Source of the DNA: Octopus vulgaris
Taxonomy: Eukaryota
Direction of reading: 5' to 3'
DNA: 64,000 nucleotides
Assembly (NCBI GenBank): GCA_951406725.2
Contig: OX597826.1
Span: 31,496,001 to 31,560,000 of the forward strand
Below the pieces are notes generated by a model that saw nothing but the letters and a program-made list of their open reading frames with translations, did not search any database and was not told the DNA's origin. How positions within the stretch are numbered: position 1 is the first letter of the stretch; every line of letters starts with the position of its first letter. The position numbers and the translations under genes were made by a program. Shown here piece after piece: positions 52,778 through 64,000 of the stretch.

Positions 52778-53238
52778 GTTACCCTCCGAGGCACAAGTCT
52801 GGGCAAGGTTGTTTATGGAAGACCAGCAGTCGCCCATGCATACTGGCCTCTCCTCTCCATGCCACCGATGTTATCCAAGGGAAAGGCAAAGGCCGATACA
52901 GCTTGGCACCAGTGACGTCGCAGCTCATTTATTAACGTGCAAGTGGCTGAGCACTCTACAGACACGTGTACCCTTAACGTAGTTTTCGGGGAGAATCAGC
53001 GTGACACAGAGGGTGACAAGGCTGGCCCCTTTGAAATACAGGTACAACAGAAACAAGAAGGAAGAGTGAGAGAAAGTTGTGGTGAAAGAGAAGAGCAGGG
53101 TTAACCCCCCCTGCCGGAACCTCGTGGAGCTGTAGGTGTTTACGCTCAATAAACACTCACAATGCCCGGTCTGGGAATCGAAACCGCGATCCTACGATCG
53201 CATGTCTACTGCCCTAACCACTGAGCCATTGCGCGTCC
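52778..53238 (-). mobile_element. SINE family 3 joined to an RTE-UTR-like module
   Basis: tRNA-like head cgcaatggctcagtggttagg..gtttcgattcc. 52778-52930 differs from the tail of the 58628 copy. Confidence 0.7.
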
Positions 53239-53270
53239 ACACACACACACACTCACTCACTCAAACACAC

Positions 53271-53316
<46 letters not shown>

Positions 53317-53518
53317 CAACTGGTATTGGTTTGTTTATGTCATTATAACGAAGCGGTTCAACAAAAAGAAGCCCATAGACTAAGTAAAAGAATTGAGAAA
53401 AGTACCTGGGTCGATTCGTTCGACTAAACACTTCAAGGCGACGACCCAGCATGGCGGCAGTTCAATGACTGAAAGAAGTGAAAGACAAAAAGAAAAAGAA
53501 TAGAAAATAAATGTACAG

Positions 53519-53600
<82 letters not shown>

Positions 53601-53931
53601 AGGCAGATAAACAAAAGTAGGTGCAGCGAGTCTATTTACACGGAAGACAGCAAATGTTGCGAATATAAATAAAGAAGCCGAGTAAAGAGAAGACTACTAT
53701 GTCATTTCATTAGGTTATTTGTATTTTATGTCAACACGATTCTCACGCTTTCTTTTGTTTATCTTCCATCTTGTCTTCCCGCCTGTTTTGATATCCGACT
53801 TTCTGCACCGTATCTACTTGAGCTGAAAGAAAGATTTGGAAGTTAAGTTTTGATTCATCTGGGCACTGCTTGATATCTGTCTATTATCACGCTTGCTTTA
53901 GCGTTCTCTAGTATACATTATACATGCATAA

Positions 53932-54030
<99 letters not shown>

Positions 54031-55639
54031 TGTGTGTGTATATACATATAAATACGGATAAGATCGTTATTTGAAATACTGATCATATCAAGTAGCCAGC
54101 ATGGGAATAAAAACCTTATAGGTAATTATTATTACTATTAAAATCATAATTAAGGGTACCTAAAAGATACCACCATGCTAGATATAGCAGTCAAAACTTG
54201 ACTCTAAAACCTCATCAAGCATACAGCACCAGGAGAAAAGACTAAGCGACAAATAAACTAGCGAACACACTTAGGGACCAGTCTCACCATCTGGTGAAGA
54301 CTTAATCCGTCATCACACCAGTTGCTATGCAAAAAGGAAGAGGGAAGGTGTATATATATATATATATATGATACCTTTAATTATAATTTATACACACACG
54401 CATTTATGTGAACTGGAGAAAACACAGAAAGTATATATGCGGGTGTGTAAAGATAGACATGTTGTTACACGTGTCAATATGTGATTTTGCATAGACGATT
54501 CTTATTGAGACCATAAATATTTGTTTTCATTCAAACAGTAACACAGTCCTAAACAAGACAAAAGAATGATATTTACCAATTCTGCTGTACTCCACTTATC
54601 AAAATAAATCTCCATGTCGATATACTTCTACACAAGATGCAGTTTAAATTTAATATTCTTTTGCATTGAATGACCCCGATTTCTTTTCAAGTATTCTTGT
54701 TAATAACATACGTCACATTTAATATTGCTTGCCTATATCGCTATAAGTTGTTTCTTTTGTTACAGTGCGTAGACTTACAGCTGGCCATTGTATATATTCA
54801 TTTAACGAGTGAGTAAATATAGCTACGCAATGGAAATACGCTGAAGCTAAAACTGTGTAAATATGTGTAACACTTTGACCTGGTTGTATTTTACAGTGAG
54901 GTTACTGTTAACATAAGTGATTAGAAGGGCATCACACGCCACAATGCAGACATGCGCATGAATTTATCAGCGGGCAGTTTAGCTTAATGGTAAAGCATTC
55001 AACGGAACCTTTGAGGGATGTTGGTTCGAGGCTCATTGCTGGTTATTGATAAGTTTTTTCTGCTTTGTAAGGGTAATTTAGCCAATATTTCTGCTGCCAT
55101 TTATAGAGAGAGGAAGAGGGAGGGAACGACAGAGATAGAGAAAGAAAGAGGGACTGAAATAAAGGTGTTACATGCATCACCATTAAGCAAAATTAAGCAC
55201 TTTTCTTAACTGCACTGTCTTAACTATTTTAAATTTATTTTCCTTCAGTTCGATTTGGTGTGTGAAAAAAATGGCTAAAATCCACTTTACAGTCGGTTTA
55301 TTTTGCTGGTTATCTTGTTGGATCATTTGTAACTGGTATCTTAGCTGACAGGTAAGAGATATTTCAATAAATATATTTAACACTAGTGTGTTACCCGCTA
55401 CACGCTATTTGAGAGTTAACTTTGGAAATATATTTTTGTCACCATGGGTAATACATACAATAATTAGAAGTTAACATTTTATCAGATTTCTTGGTGCTTA
55501 TACAAAATGAAGAAATAAACACTAATTTCCAAAAGAAAAGTATTTATTATTTTAAAATTAAATAAAACAAATTTCTTGCTTTCCAACTTCATGGTTCCGG
55601 ATTCAGTTCCATTGCGTGACACCCTGGGCGATAAAATGA

Positions 55640-55673
<34 letters not shown>

Positions 55674-55674
55674 T

Positions 55675-55980
55675 ACAACGACGAGTGTTCTCGTTGGTCC
55701 GATCAATCGAACAGCCTGCTCGTGAAATTAACGCGCAAGTGGCTGAGCACTTCACAGGCACACGTACCCTTAACGTGGTTCTAAGGGAGATTCAGCGTGA
55801 TACAGAATCTGAAAAGCTGGCCCCTTTGAAATACAAGTACCACTCATTTTTGCGAGCTGACTAGATAGGAGCAACGTGAAATAAAGTGTCTTACTCAAGG
55901 ACAAAACGCGCCACCTGGAATCGAACACACGACCTTACGATCATGAGCCGAATACCTTAACCATTAAACCACGCACCTTC
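55675..55980 (-). mobile_element. SINE family 3 variant with a different central module
   Basis: Shares the 3' module with 58628-58810. Central part tccttgagtaagacactttatttcacgttgctcc. tRNA-like head. Confidence 0.7.
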
Positions 55981-56054
55981 ACTCTAGTAGTGAAACGTAT
56001 CCACACATACATAATCATTTAATACGTGCAAGTTAACATATATATAAATGAATA

Positions 56055-56255
56055 ATGCGGCGAGCTGGCGGAATCGTTAAGACGCTGGTCAAAATCCATA
56101 GCGACATTTCATTCTAAGTTCAAATTCCGCCGAGGTCGACTTTGCCTTTCATCCTTTCGGGGCGATAAAATGAATACCAGTTGAGTACTGAAGTTGATAC
56201 AATTGACTTATCCCCTGCTCCGAAATTGCTGGCCTTGTGCCAAAGTTTGAAATCA
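56055..56255 (+). mobile_element. SINE family 1
   Basis: gcggcgagctggc head and gcctttcatcctttcgggg core. Confidence 0.78.
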
Positions 56256-56317
56256 ACTTATATATGTACATATACAAATGTAACTCTGTTCTTTATTTTA
56301 GAGATGTGGAATTCTGT

Positions 56318-56551
56318 ATATTATTTACATTGGACGGATATGTGTTGTTATCATAAGTTTCGTCTGATTTACTCTCCAGCCTTCGTTAGGTGTTCTGGTG
56401 GAATATTGAAGCCAACCCTTAGGAATGAGAATGCAGGGTTGGCTTCAGAATTCCACCAGATCACCTGATGAAGGCTGGAGAGTAAATCAGACGAAACGTT
56501 GTGGTAACAACAAACAAGATGAGGACACATATCCGTCCAATATAAATAATA
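56318..56551. mobile_element. Fold-back element carrying a canonical hammerhead (56460-56505, plus strand)
   Basis: atcac-CTGATGA-aggctg...cagac-GAAA-cg-TT-gtggt. The left arm is an inverted, decayed copy. Confidence 0.75.
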
Positions 56552-56941
56552 AATGTAACTGTTACCATTTGTGACAGGAAAAATTGATTCATTATATTGG
56601 TTGTCTGTGTCTATAAGCATTTATTGATTCTATATTTTCTTTTAATTTAGAATTGGACGAAAACCTTGCTTCTTTATAACAGCCACATGCATAACTGTTT
56701 GTGGAGTGATTAAAATGTTTGTATCATCACTCACCCTACTCACGGTCTTCTACTTTATGCAGGCTTTCGGTGTCTTGGGGTTTTTGGTCACTCTTTATGC
56801 CTTACGTAAGTTTATTGTGACAAATATATATTTTTCATGAATTATAGTAAGAGTAAGCAAAAACGCAAACATTTATACATAAATGAAATTAAAGTGTTTT
56901 AGCTACGACTGCGTACACGACTAGGAAAGTTCGATACGTTT

Positions 56942-56989
<48 letters not shown>

Positions 56990-57152
56990 ATACACACACA
57001 TACCTTCTGAGTTTTTTCACAGAAAAACTGAAGGACCCCTGCAATAAGTGTGTGAATCTGAGAGGAGAATATGTTGAATATAATCATAATTAACTGATCC
57101 TCCTATATTTTTTCACCCAAAGCTAGGAACTTCTCAGTACCCCTCGTGTATG

Positions 57153-57205
<53 letters not shown>

Positions 57206-57589
57206 GTACATGTACGTACACATATATTCTCTCTCTCTTTCATGAACACACACACACACACACACATGAACACACACATTCACTAGTGTCTTTTGATGCT
57301 GTATACTTTACTAGATATTTTTGACTCAGTGTCCGGATTAACATTCAACTCCACTACCCGTGCTGCGTTATGAACATAGTATCCGAGCAGCGATAGATTT
57401 TTATAAACTTGAGTCACGTAAAATTGGAATAATTATAAAACCAGCTACTGATATTTCAAAGGCATTCAATGTTTTCATTTCAAGTGATTTTGTACCAAAT
57501 TGTTATGTAGATTTCATCCTTTCCAATCGTTACTAGCATAGCGGAATTTACGTAACCAACTGAAACGTACGTACTAAATGCATTCAGCT

Positions 57590-58025
57590 CGCAGCTTTGC
57601 CAGCTTGCTGCCTTGTAAGCTTGCCGCCTTATTAGATTGCCGCCTTGTCAGATTGCCGCTTTGCCAGCTTGCCGCTTTGCCAGCTTTGCGCCTTGTTAGC
57701 TTGCCGCCTTGTCAGCTTGCCGCTTTGCCAGCTCGCCGCCTTGTCAACTCGTCGCCTTGCTAGCTTGCCGCCTTTTCAGCTTGCCGCTTCGCCAGCTTGC
57801 AGCTTTGCCAGCTTGCCGCCTTGCCAGCTTGCCGCCTTGCTAGCTTGCCACCTTGTCAGCTTGCCGCTTTGCCAGCTTGCCGCCTTGTCAGCTCGCCGCC
57901 TTGTCAGCTTGCCGCTTTACCAGCTTGCTCCTTGCCAGCTTGCCTCCTTGTCAGCTTACCATCTTGACAGCTCGTCGCCTTGTCAGCTCGTCGCCTTACC
58001 AGCTCGTCACTTTGCCAGCTCGTCA
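57590..58025. repeat. 16-bp GC-rich minisatellite (about 27 units, consensus gccagcttgccgcctt)
   Basis: Direct periodicity. It explains the repetitive CQLAAL ORFs. Confidence 0.92.
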
Positions 58026-58282
58026 CGTTTGGAATACAATATTGTTATCCGCTGTATGACGGGGTTAATTTTGGGAATGGAATATACTTTTGCCTTTTTC
58101 AACCATTTATTAAATAACTTGAATAACATTGATCGGATATCAGGAAATACAGCATAAATGCAATAATTATTATTCAATTTGTACCAAATTTCTTGGAGCT
58201 TTCACAAAATGATGGTATCAATACTCGTTTTCAAAAAAGAATACTTTTATTACCATAAGCTAAAATTATAAAAGAACAAACT

Positions 58283-58435
58283 TCTCTTTTGTATAACATT
58301 TACCTCCTCCCTCCACTCCTCCTCCTTCTCCTCCTCCTCCTCCTTCCCCTCCTCCTCATTTCCCTCCTCCTCATTTCCCTCCTCTTCCTTCCCTTCCTCC
58401 TCTTCCATTCCCTCCTCCTCCTCCTTTTCTCTCTC
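58283..58435. repeat. Polypyrimidine (CCT)n-rich tract
   Basis: Seen directly in the sequence. Confidence 0.85.
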
Positions 58436-58627
58436 ACTGTGTGTGTGTAACGCTCCTTTATTCGTTACTTGCCACCAAACCTAGTATGTGCACTCATCCT
58501 GCTCTTCTTAGGTTAATTTTTTTTTCTCTATCTCTCTTTTACGTTCACTCACCCCTGTACGTCGTAATGTGTGACAGGAGAAATCATTCAACCAAGAAAC
58601 CAACCGACCGACTTTTATATTGGCTAT

Positions 58628-59010
58628 GGGTTGATTGGCACTCCGTCGGTTACGACGATGAGGGCTCCAGTTGATCCGATCAACGGAACAGCATGCTCGT
58701 GAAATTAACGTGCAAGTAGCTGAGCACTCCGCAGACACGTGTACCCTTAACGTAGTTCTCGGGGGAGATTCAGCGTGACACAGAGTGTGACATGGCTGGC
58801 CCTTTGAAATACACGTACAACAGAAACAGGAAGATAGAGTGAGAGAAAGCTGTGGTGAAAGAGCACAGCAGGGTTCGCCACCACTCCCTGCCGGAGCCTC
58901 GTGGAGCTTTAGGTGTTTTTGCTCATTAAACACTCCCAACGCCCGGTCTGGGGATCGAAAGCGCGATCCTACGACCGCAAGTTCGCTGCCCCAACCACTG
59001 GGCCATTGCG
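58628..59010 (-). mobile_element. SINE family 3, full length
   Basis: Head cgcaatggcccagtggttggggcagcgaac..tttcgatccccagaccgg. A plus-strand head fragment also lies at 63930-64000. Confidence 0.82.
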
Positions 59011-59374
59011 ATATCGGCTATTATTAAATAGAGATCATACAATTTCGATGTGGTATTTAAAAGGTGACGTCTAGTTTCACTCTTAATACTCTGAGGACAA
59101 CAAAATATTCAATGTACCTGATTTATTTCACTAGAATTTACTCCATCAAATTGTTTCAATGTACTGAGTCAACATCACTTAATACATGGAAATTTTCAAA
59201 ACAAAAGATTTTAAAATTCGCATGAGATTATTTTATTTTATTTTCAAGAACATTTATTGTAAAATATCAACGCTGGGAGTCCTTAAAACTGAAATTCTCC
59301 AATATATTCAGTCGAAAACATTATCTTTCTCCTTTTGGTTGTCATTAAAAACAGTTTCCGATTTTACTATACTT

Positions 59375-59588
59375 TCATGTTTTCCAGTTGTTCAAATCTT
59401 CAAGCGTCTGAGGTAAGTCTTTATTTTTTGTTTCTGGCAAGAATAGCAACAGTATACTGGACATAACCGAGAGAACGCCGTAGATACTGAGAGGAAGCCA
59501 TTTGGCATAGAATGAAAGTTGCAGTATAAAGGGTGAACTTATAGAACCGACGCAGGAAAAAACGGAAGATATACCCAACCCATTTGTT
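59375..59588 (-). CDS. SLC22 gene C exon 9 (terminal)
   Basis: GLGISSVFSCVGS...FLPETKNKDLP. Confidence 0.9.
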
Positions 59589-61566
59589 CTGCAAACAAAA
59601 ATAATATAGGTTAATATAATCTGGTAGGATTTATTTCTTTCGTTTGTTTTAAGAATTCATTTCTACATAGAAACAAAAGAAAATAGCCGGAATGCTGAAG
59701 AAGTCTGATCAGCCTGTAGTATTGAGAAATTATTGAATACTAATATCTTTACACTGTAAAATGTACACTCTGTCGTGCTAAATAATCAGCGGTGCCAATC
59801 GCCTCATTCTTGTTTTGAGATTATCTGTAATTATATCATAGACTGATGTAATATATCCAGCAATGGACTTATGTCGCGTTTACTTGACAGCTCATTGTCT
59901 ATTGGTAAACACAGTTCTCTACTATGTGCACCATCCTTAATCAGTAACGGGATGTTGAAGTCCATCATCGATAGATGAGCAAAACATGCAATGAAATGGA
60001 CTGACGTGATCACATAATATAAAAGATGAAAGGATAGGTTCATGATGAGATGAATAACTCCTATAGCGACAGGTTCAAATATTAATTTGATGGTAAAACG
60101 ATTAAAACATGCACTGAATCGGTGAAACATTGAAGTAATGGTGAGGTGGAGCGCAAGTTAGTAATAATTGGGTGAAATGTGAAATTGTTGCGCTTGATAC
60201 AGGCATTGTACCGCAACAACCGAAATTTACGATAAATAATTTGAAACTTTATCAACTTGGTTATATTGTAACAAACATTTTCACGTAGAAAGTCACAATA
60301 ACACTTACCGAACAACTGTCGGGAATATTTCTGCTGATAAGAGATAGTTTGAAGTAAAAGCTGCAGAGACTCCAAACTTTCCTAGAATAACCAGGATAAG
60401 AGGCAACCAGGATGAACCTAAAATATAAAATCGAAATCCAATCCCAGGTATTATGAAATGTAAAAAAAAATAAAATAAAAATTCATTAGCGTGAAAGAAA
60501 GACATTGTCATATAATCCTACATCGTATCTGACTATAAATGATTTTTGTTAAGTCAAAGAATTTCGTGTCTAAAATAAATGCCAAATCTTCATCTTATAA
60601 AAGGAAAATTATTTCGAGTCTCTTATCATCCGGAACATATTGTAACAATTCGTATAATATAACTCAACCAAATAATTGCACAATGCAAGTAGTTTGATAA
60701 CGATAACAAAGATCCTACGATTGTTGAGCAAATAATTCAAAATCTGGTAAGAAAAGAAAGATGTATCATTGACATATTGACTGTACAACAAATGTATGTA
60801 AACACATCGTATAATATTAGTTTCAAATTTTGGCACAAGACTAACGATTTCGAGGTCGGGGTGGGGTGGGTAAGTCAATTACATCGACCCAAGTACTCAA
60901 CTGGTACATATTTTATCGACTTCAAAAGGATGAAAGGCGAAACCAAGCACGGCGGAGTTTTAACTCAGAACAAAAAGTGAGAAGAAATGCCGCTAAGCAT
61001 TTTGTCTGGCGCGGCAACGATTCTGCCACCTCGCCACCTTAATCACGTGGTATAAAATTAAAATCTAGTAAAAATATGGTGAATTCATTTTGTCGTTCCG
61101 TGTAAAGCTTTTCTTCGTAGTTCTTCATGAATTAATAAATTTGTATCGAAAAGCATATTTGTAGTTCAGTATTAGTGAGTCATAACCAGGTATTTGTTAC
61201 AATATATTTATGAAATTTTTTTTTTATACAACCTAGAAAATACTCATTACAAATTGATTCAAATATTGATTTTATATAAGTCAAACACAATAATGATTTC
61301 CCTGAAAAATAAATAAAAGTGTATAAATTATAAAAAATTGATATACATTACCTTCGGTTACAAAATTTGAGATGATGCAATTTAATCCACTAAACATCAG
61401 AAAGAAGCTAATAGGCTTGCGATGGTCAAAACGAGTAAACAAATAATAGCAGAATAAAAGGGATGGGATTTCAACAACTATCAGCAACAGGTAGTTTAAA
61501 TAGTGGTTTCCTGCCATATCAACGGAATTAAGAGTTACTCCATAATATAACATACTGGTGACAAAC
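59375..61566 (-). CDS. SLC22-family transporter, paralogue C, last three exons (5' part beyond the right edge)
   Basis: Exons 61352-61566, 60309-60417, 59375-59588 (215/109/214 nt) are homologous to gene B exons 7-9. Motifs AEIFPTVVR and FLPETKNKDLPQTLEDL. Confidence 0.92.
60309..60417 (-). CDS. SLC22 gene C exon 8
   Basis: LGKFGVSAAF..AEIFPTVVR, 109 nt. Confidence 0.92.
60815..61040 (-). mobile_element. Old SINE family 1 copy
   Basis: aaaggatgaaaggc core, ctcgccacctt head end. Confidence 0.75.
61352..61566 (-). CDS. SLC22 gene C exon 7
   Basis: MLYYGVTLNS...VEIP, 215 nt. Confidence 0.92.
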
Positions 61567-61806
61567 CTGTAAAATAATAACTTTACATTACATCACCAAA
61601 CTTATGTTGTTTACGATATGTATTACACATACGTTAAAATATAAGAAAATATTTCATACGTAATTCTGTTTGAAACACAAAAATATATCCTACTCAACAA
61701 TGCTATCCTTAAATCTACACCATGTTCCCATAATGATCCAACATTCTACAGACTACATATAAAACAGAGATGTCCACCTTTACCACATCTTCAATTTATA
61801 ATAGTG

Positions 61807-61881
<75 letters not shown>

Positions 61882-61955
61882 ACATACATACATACATACA
61901 CACATACATACACACACATACGTACGTACATACATATAGTCATACACAACACACT

Positions 61956-61986
<31 letters not shown>

Positions 61987-62000
61987 TACATGATTGACAG

Positions 62001-62720
62001 CACGACGATCGTTTCGGCTTAGATCTTCACTGCTCCCTAGTGGGTGGGAAACGATACAATGGTATCGAATGCACTCCACAGTGCAGAAAACGCCTCATCA
62101 GGTTACATAATGCAGTATTATAATATATACACTTCGCTACTGTGTAAGGCGGATGAAGATTGTAGGATGCGTGACTTTATAGAAATGTAAGATCCAAAGA
62201 TCAGGATGTAGGAAGAAAGTTAGCTTCAAGCAATCCGTAGCGAATATAAAAAGACAATTTTCAGGAACAATAGTAGTTTTTTGAGGCGGAAGGTTGTGGA
62301 TATTTCCTGTCGAAAGACGGTAAGCTGAAACAATTTTTTTTTTTATATTTCACAATAGGCAGCCAAGGTTGCCGGGTATGCGAAAAAGAATATAGGAGTT
62401 AAGAAATGGAGTAGATAATATTCGGGCTACATATATTTCATAGGGTGCGGAACCTCGGAAGTGGTAAATATCCAAATGAGGTGTATACCGCAGGCTACTG
62501 GTTAGGCCAAGGCTTTGTTGATTAAATGAAGTTTGCATTGTCGTAATGAGGTACATATTAACACACGGCGGATTCTGACTGAATCTTCCATGTGTTAACA
62601 TATAGCTCCTTGCGTCAATGTAAATTTCATTTAATCAAAATATTCTTGGCCTGTGGTATAAACCTCGCCTAGATATTTACCATTCCGAGTTTCCACTCAC
62701 TATGAAACAGATGCAGCCCG
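62001..62720 (-). mobile_element. Penelope-like element remnant with hammerhead (62001-62106)
   Basis: CTGATGA-ggc...gcc-GAAA-cgatcg-TC. The upstream peptide YTPHL...FRIPGNLGCLL resembles the PLE RT-endonuclease linker. Flanked by (TA)n. Confidence 0.62.
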
Positions 62721-62744
62721 GATCTTATCTATTCCTCTTTTAAC

Positions 62745-62810
<66 letters not shown>

Positions 62811-62838
62811 GAGAAAGAAGCAACAAGAATGGATTAGT

Positions 62839-62929
62839 TTTTAGTACAATTGTTTCATACAAAGACAGGCTTTATTACAAGTTGCAAAAATTGCAGCAGA
62901 TAAAAGTGTCCCGTACTCATCAGCTAAAA
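62839..62929 (-). ncRNA. Minimal type I hammerhead ribozyme with canonical core
   Basis: ttttag-CTGATGA-gtacgggaca...tgtctttgtat-GAAA-caattg-TA-ctaaaa. Stems I and II pair well and stem III is palindromic. Confidence 0.8.
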
Positions 62930-63278
62930 TACATTTGAGTTCTCTAGACATCTTAGTGGGTGAGGTTATACTCATGAAATATTGGAGATAGTTCCATTAG
63001 AGGCAGATATAGGTTGTAAACAGTTTTCCAAAGTTCCTTAATGATGATGCACAGTCTTATCACAGATTTTTAAAAACTTATTAGTTTCGAAGAGAAGATG
63101 AATCAATCCATAGTGTAGATTTAAATTTCCAGAGATATGAGAAGGATGATGCACAGACTTATCACAGGTTTCACCCCACATTACTGTATGGATAACACCA
63201 TATAGTTTTTCTGGTGCATCTAAGTTAAGTACCACATTCAAGTAAATTCATTGGAATTTACTTGAATCTTAATTGCTT

Positions 63279-63378
<100 letters not shown>

Positions 63379-63394
63379 ATATTCTTTTATTTTT

Positions 63395-63835
63395 TATACT
63401 TTTATTTGTTTCAGTCATTTGACTGCGGCCATGCTGGAGCACAGCCTTTAGTCGAATGAATCAACCCCAGGACTTATTCTTTGTAAGCCTAGTATTTGTC
63501 GAACAGTTAAGTTACGCGGACGTAAATACACCACCATCGGTTATCAAGCGATGGTGGGGGAAAACACTCACACACAAACATATACACACATACACATACA
63601 TACATACATACATACATACATACATACATTATACATACATACGTACATACATACATACATACATACATACAAACGTACATACATATATATACGATGGGCT
63701 TCTTTCATTTTCCGTCTACCAAATCCACTCACAAGGCTTTGGTCGGCCGAGGCTATAGTAGAAGACACTTGCCCAAGGTTCCACGCAGTGAGACTGAACC
63801 CAGAACCATGTGGTTGGTAAGCAAGCTACTTACTA
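63395..63835 (-). mobile_element. SINE family 2
   Basis: Head, body and tail as in the other copies, with internal (TACA)n. Confidence 0.85.
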
Positions 63836-64000
63836 CACACACACACACATATGTATATATATGTATAACTATATATATATATGTATATATACATGTATAT
63901 ATATTTATATATGTATATACATATATATGTGGAGACGCAGTCATAGTATCGCGGTTTCGATTCTCACACCGGGCGTTGTGAGTGTTTATTGAGCGAAAAT

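Larger units (their letters stand above)
55249..56805 (+). pseudogene. Inverted orphan SLC22 fragment (homologues of exons 3 and 4)
   Basis: 55249-55351 (FDLVCEK..LADR) is 103 nt instead of 104, with a 1-nt loss in an A-run that gives TAA. 56651-56805 (IGRKP..., 155 nt) is open. Both keep AG/GT sites. No exon 2 or exon 5 homologue was found nearby on the plus strand. Confidence 0.8.

Noticed and set aside
54973-55045. tRNA gene
   Set aside because: D-arm and T-loop-like motifs are present, but the acceptor and anticodon stems do not fold properly. It is probably a decayed SINE head or pseudo-tRNA.
55381-55410. Minus-strand Helitron 3' end (actag...ttacccg)
   Set aside because: The hairpin is incomplete and no matching 5' end was found.
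57578-58157. Cys/Leu/Ala-rich ORFs, or a CRISPR-like array
   Set aside because: These are translations of a 16-bp tandem repeat with no unique spacers. There are no cas genes and the context is eukaryotic.

Overview
AT-rich, microsatellite-dense eukaryotic DNA. The SINE repertoire and the spliceosomal GT-AG introns suggest a coleoid cephalopod, probably octopus (inference). The window holds a tandem array of SLC22/MFS organic-ion-transporter paralogues on the minus strand: gene B is complete (9 coding exons, 49952->25077, 555 aa), gene A is present as exons 1-5 (14422->750) and gene C as its last three exons (61566->59375). An inverted, orphan two-exon SLC22 fragment lies on the plus strand (55249-56805). 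Introns and intergenic DNA are filled with transposons: CR1-like, RTE and R4/Dong-like LINE remnants, a PIF1-helicase Helitron remnant and several non-autonomous Helitrons, Tc1, maT and mariner remnants, a probable solo LTR and three tRNA-derived SINE families. The most striking signal the ORF track does not show is about 11 minimal type I hammerhead-ribozyme motifs of the Penelope-like-element type. They come from several unrelated short elements, mostly beside (TA)n tracts. Some sit in fold-back hairpins, some have variant cores (CCGANGA, CTGTNGA) or multibranched stem II, and six lie in sense orientation inside transporter introns. An RTE reverse transcriptase also carries an internal C4HC3 PHD-type finger. 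All coordinates were read by eye.
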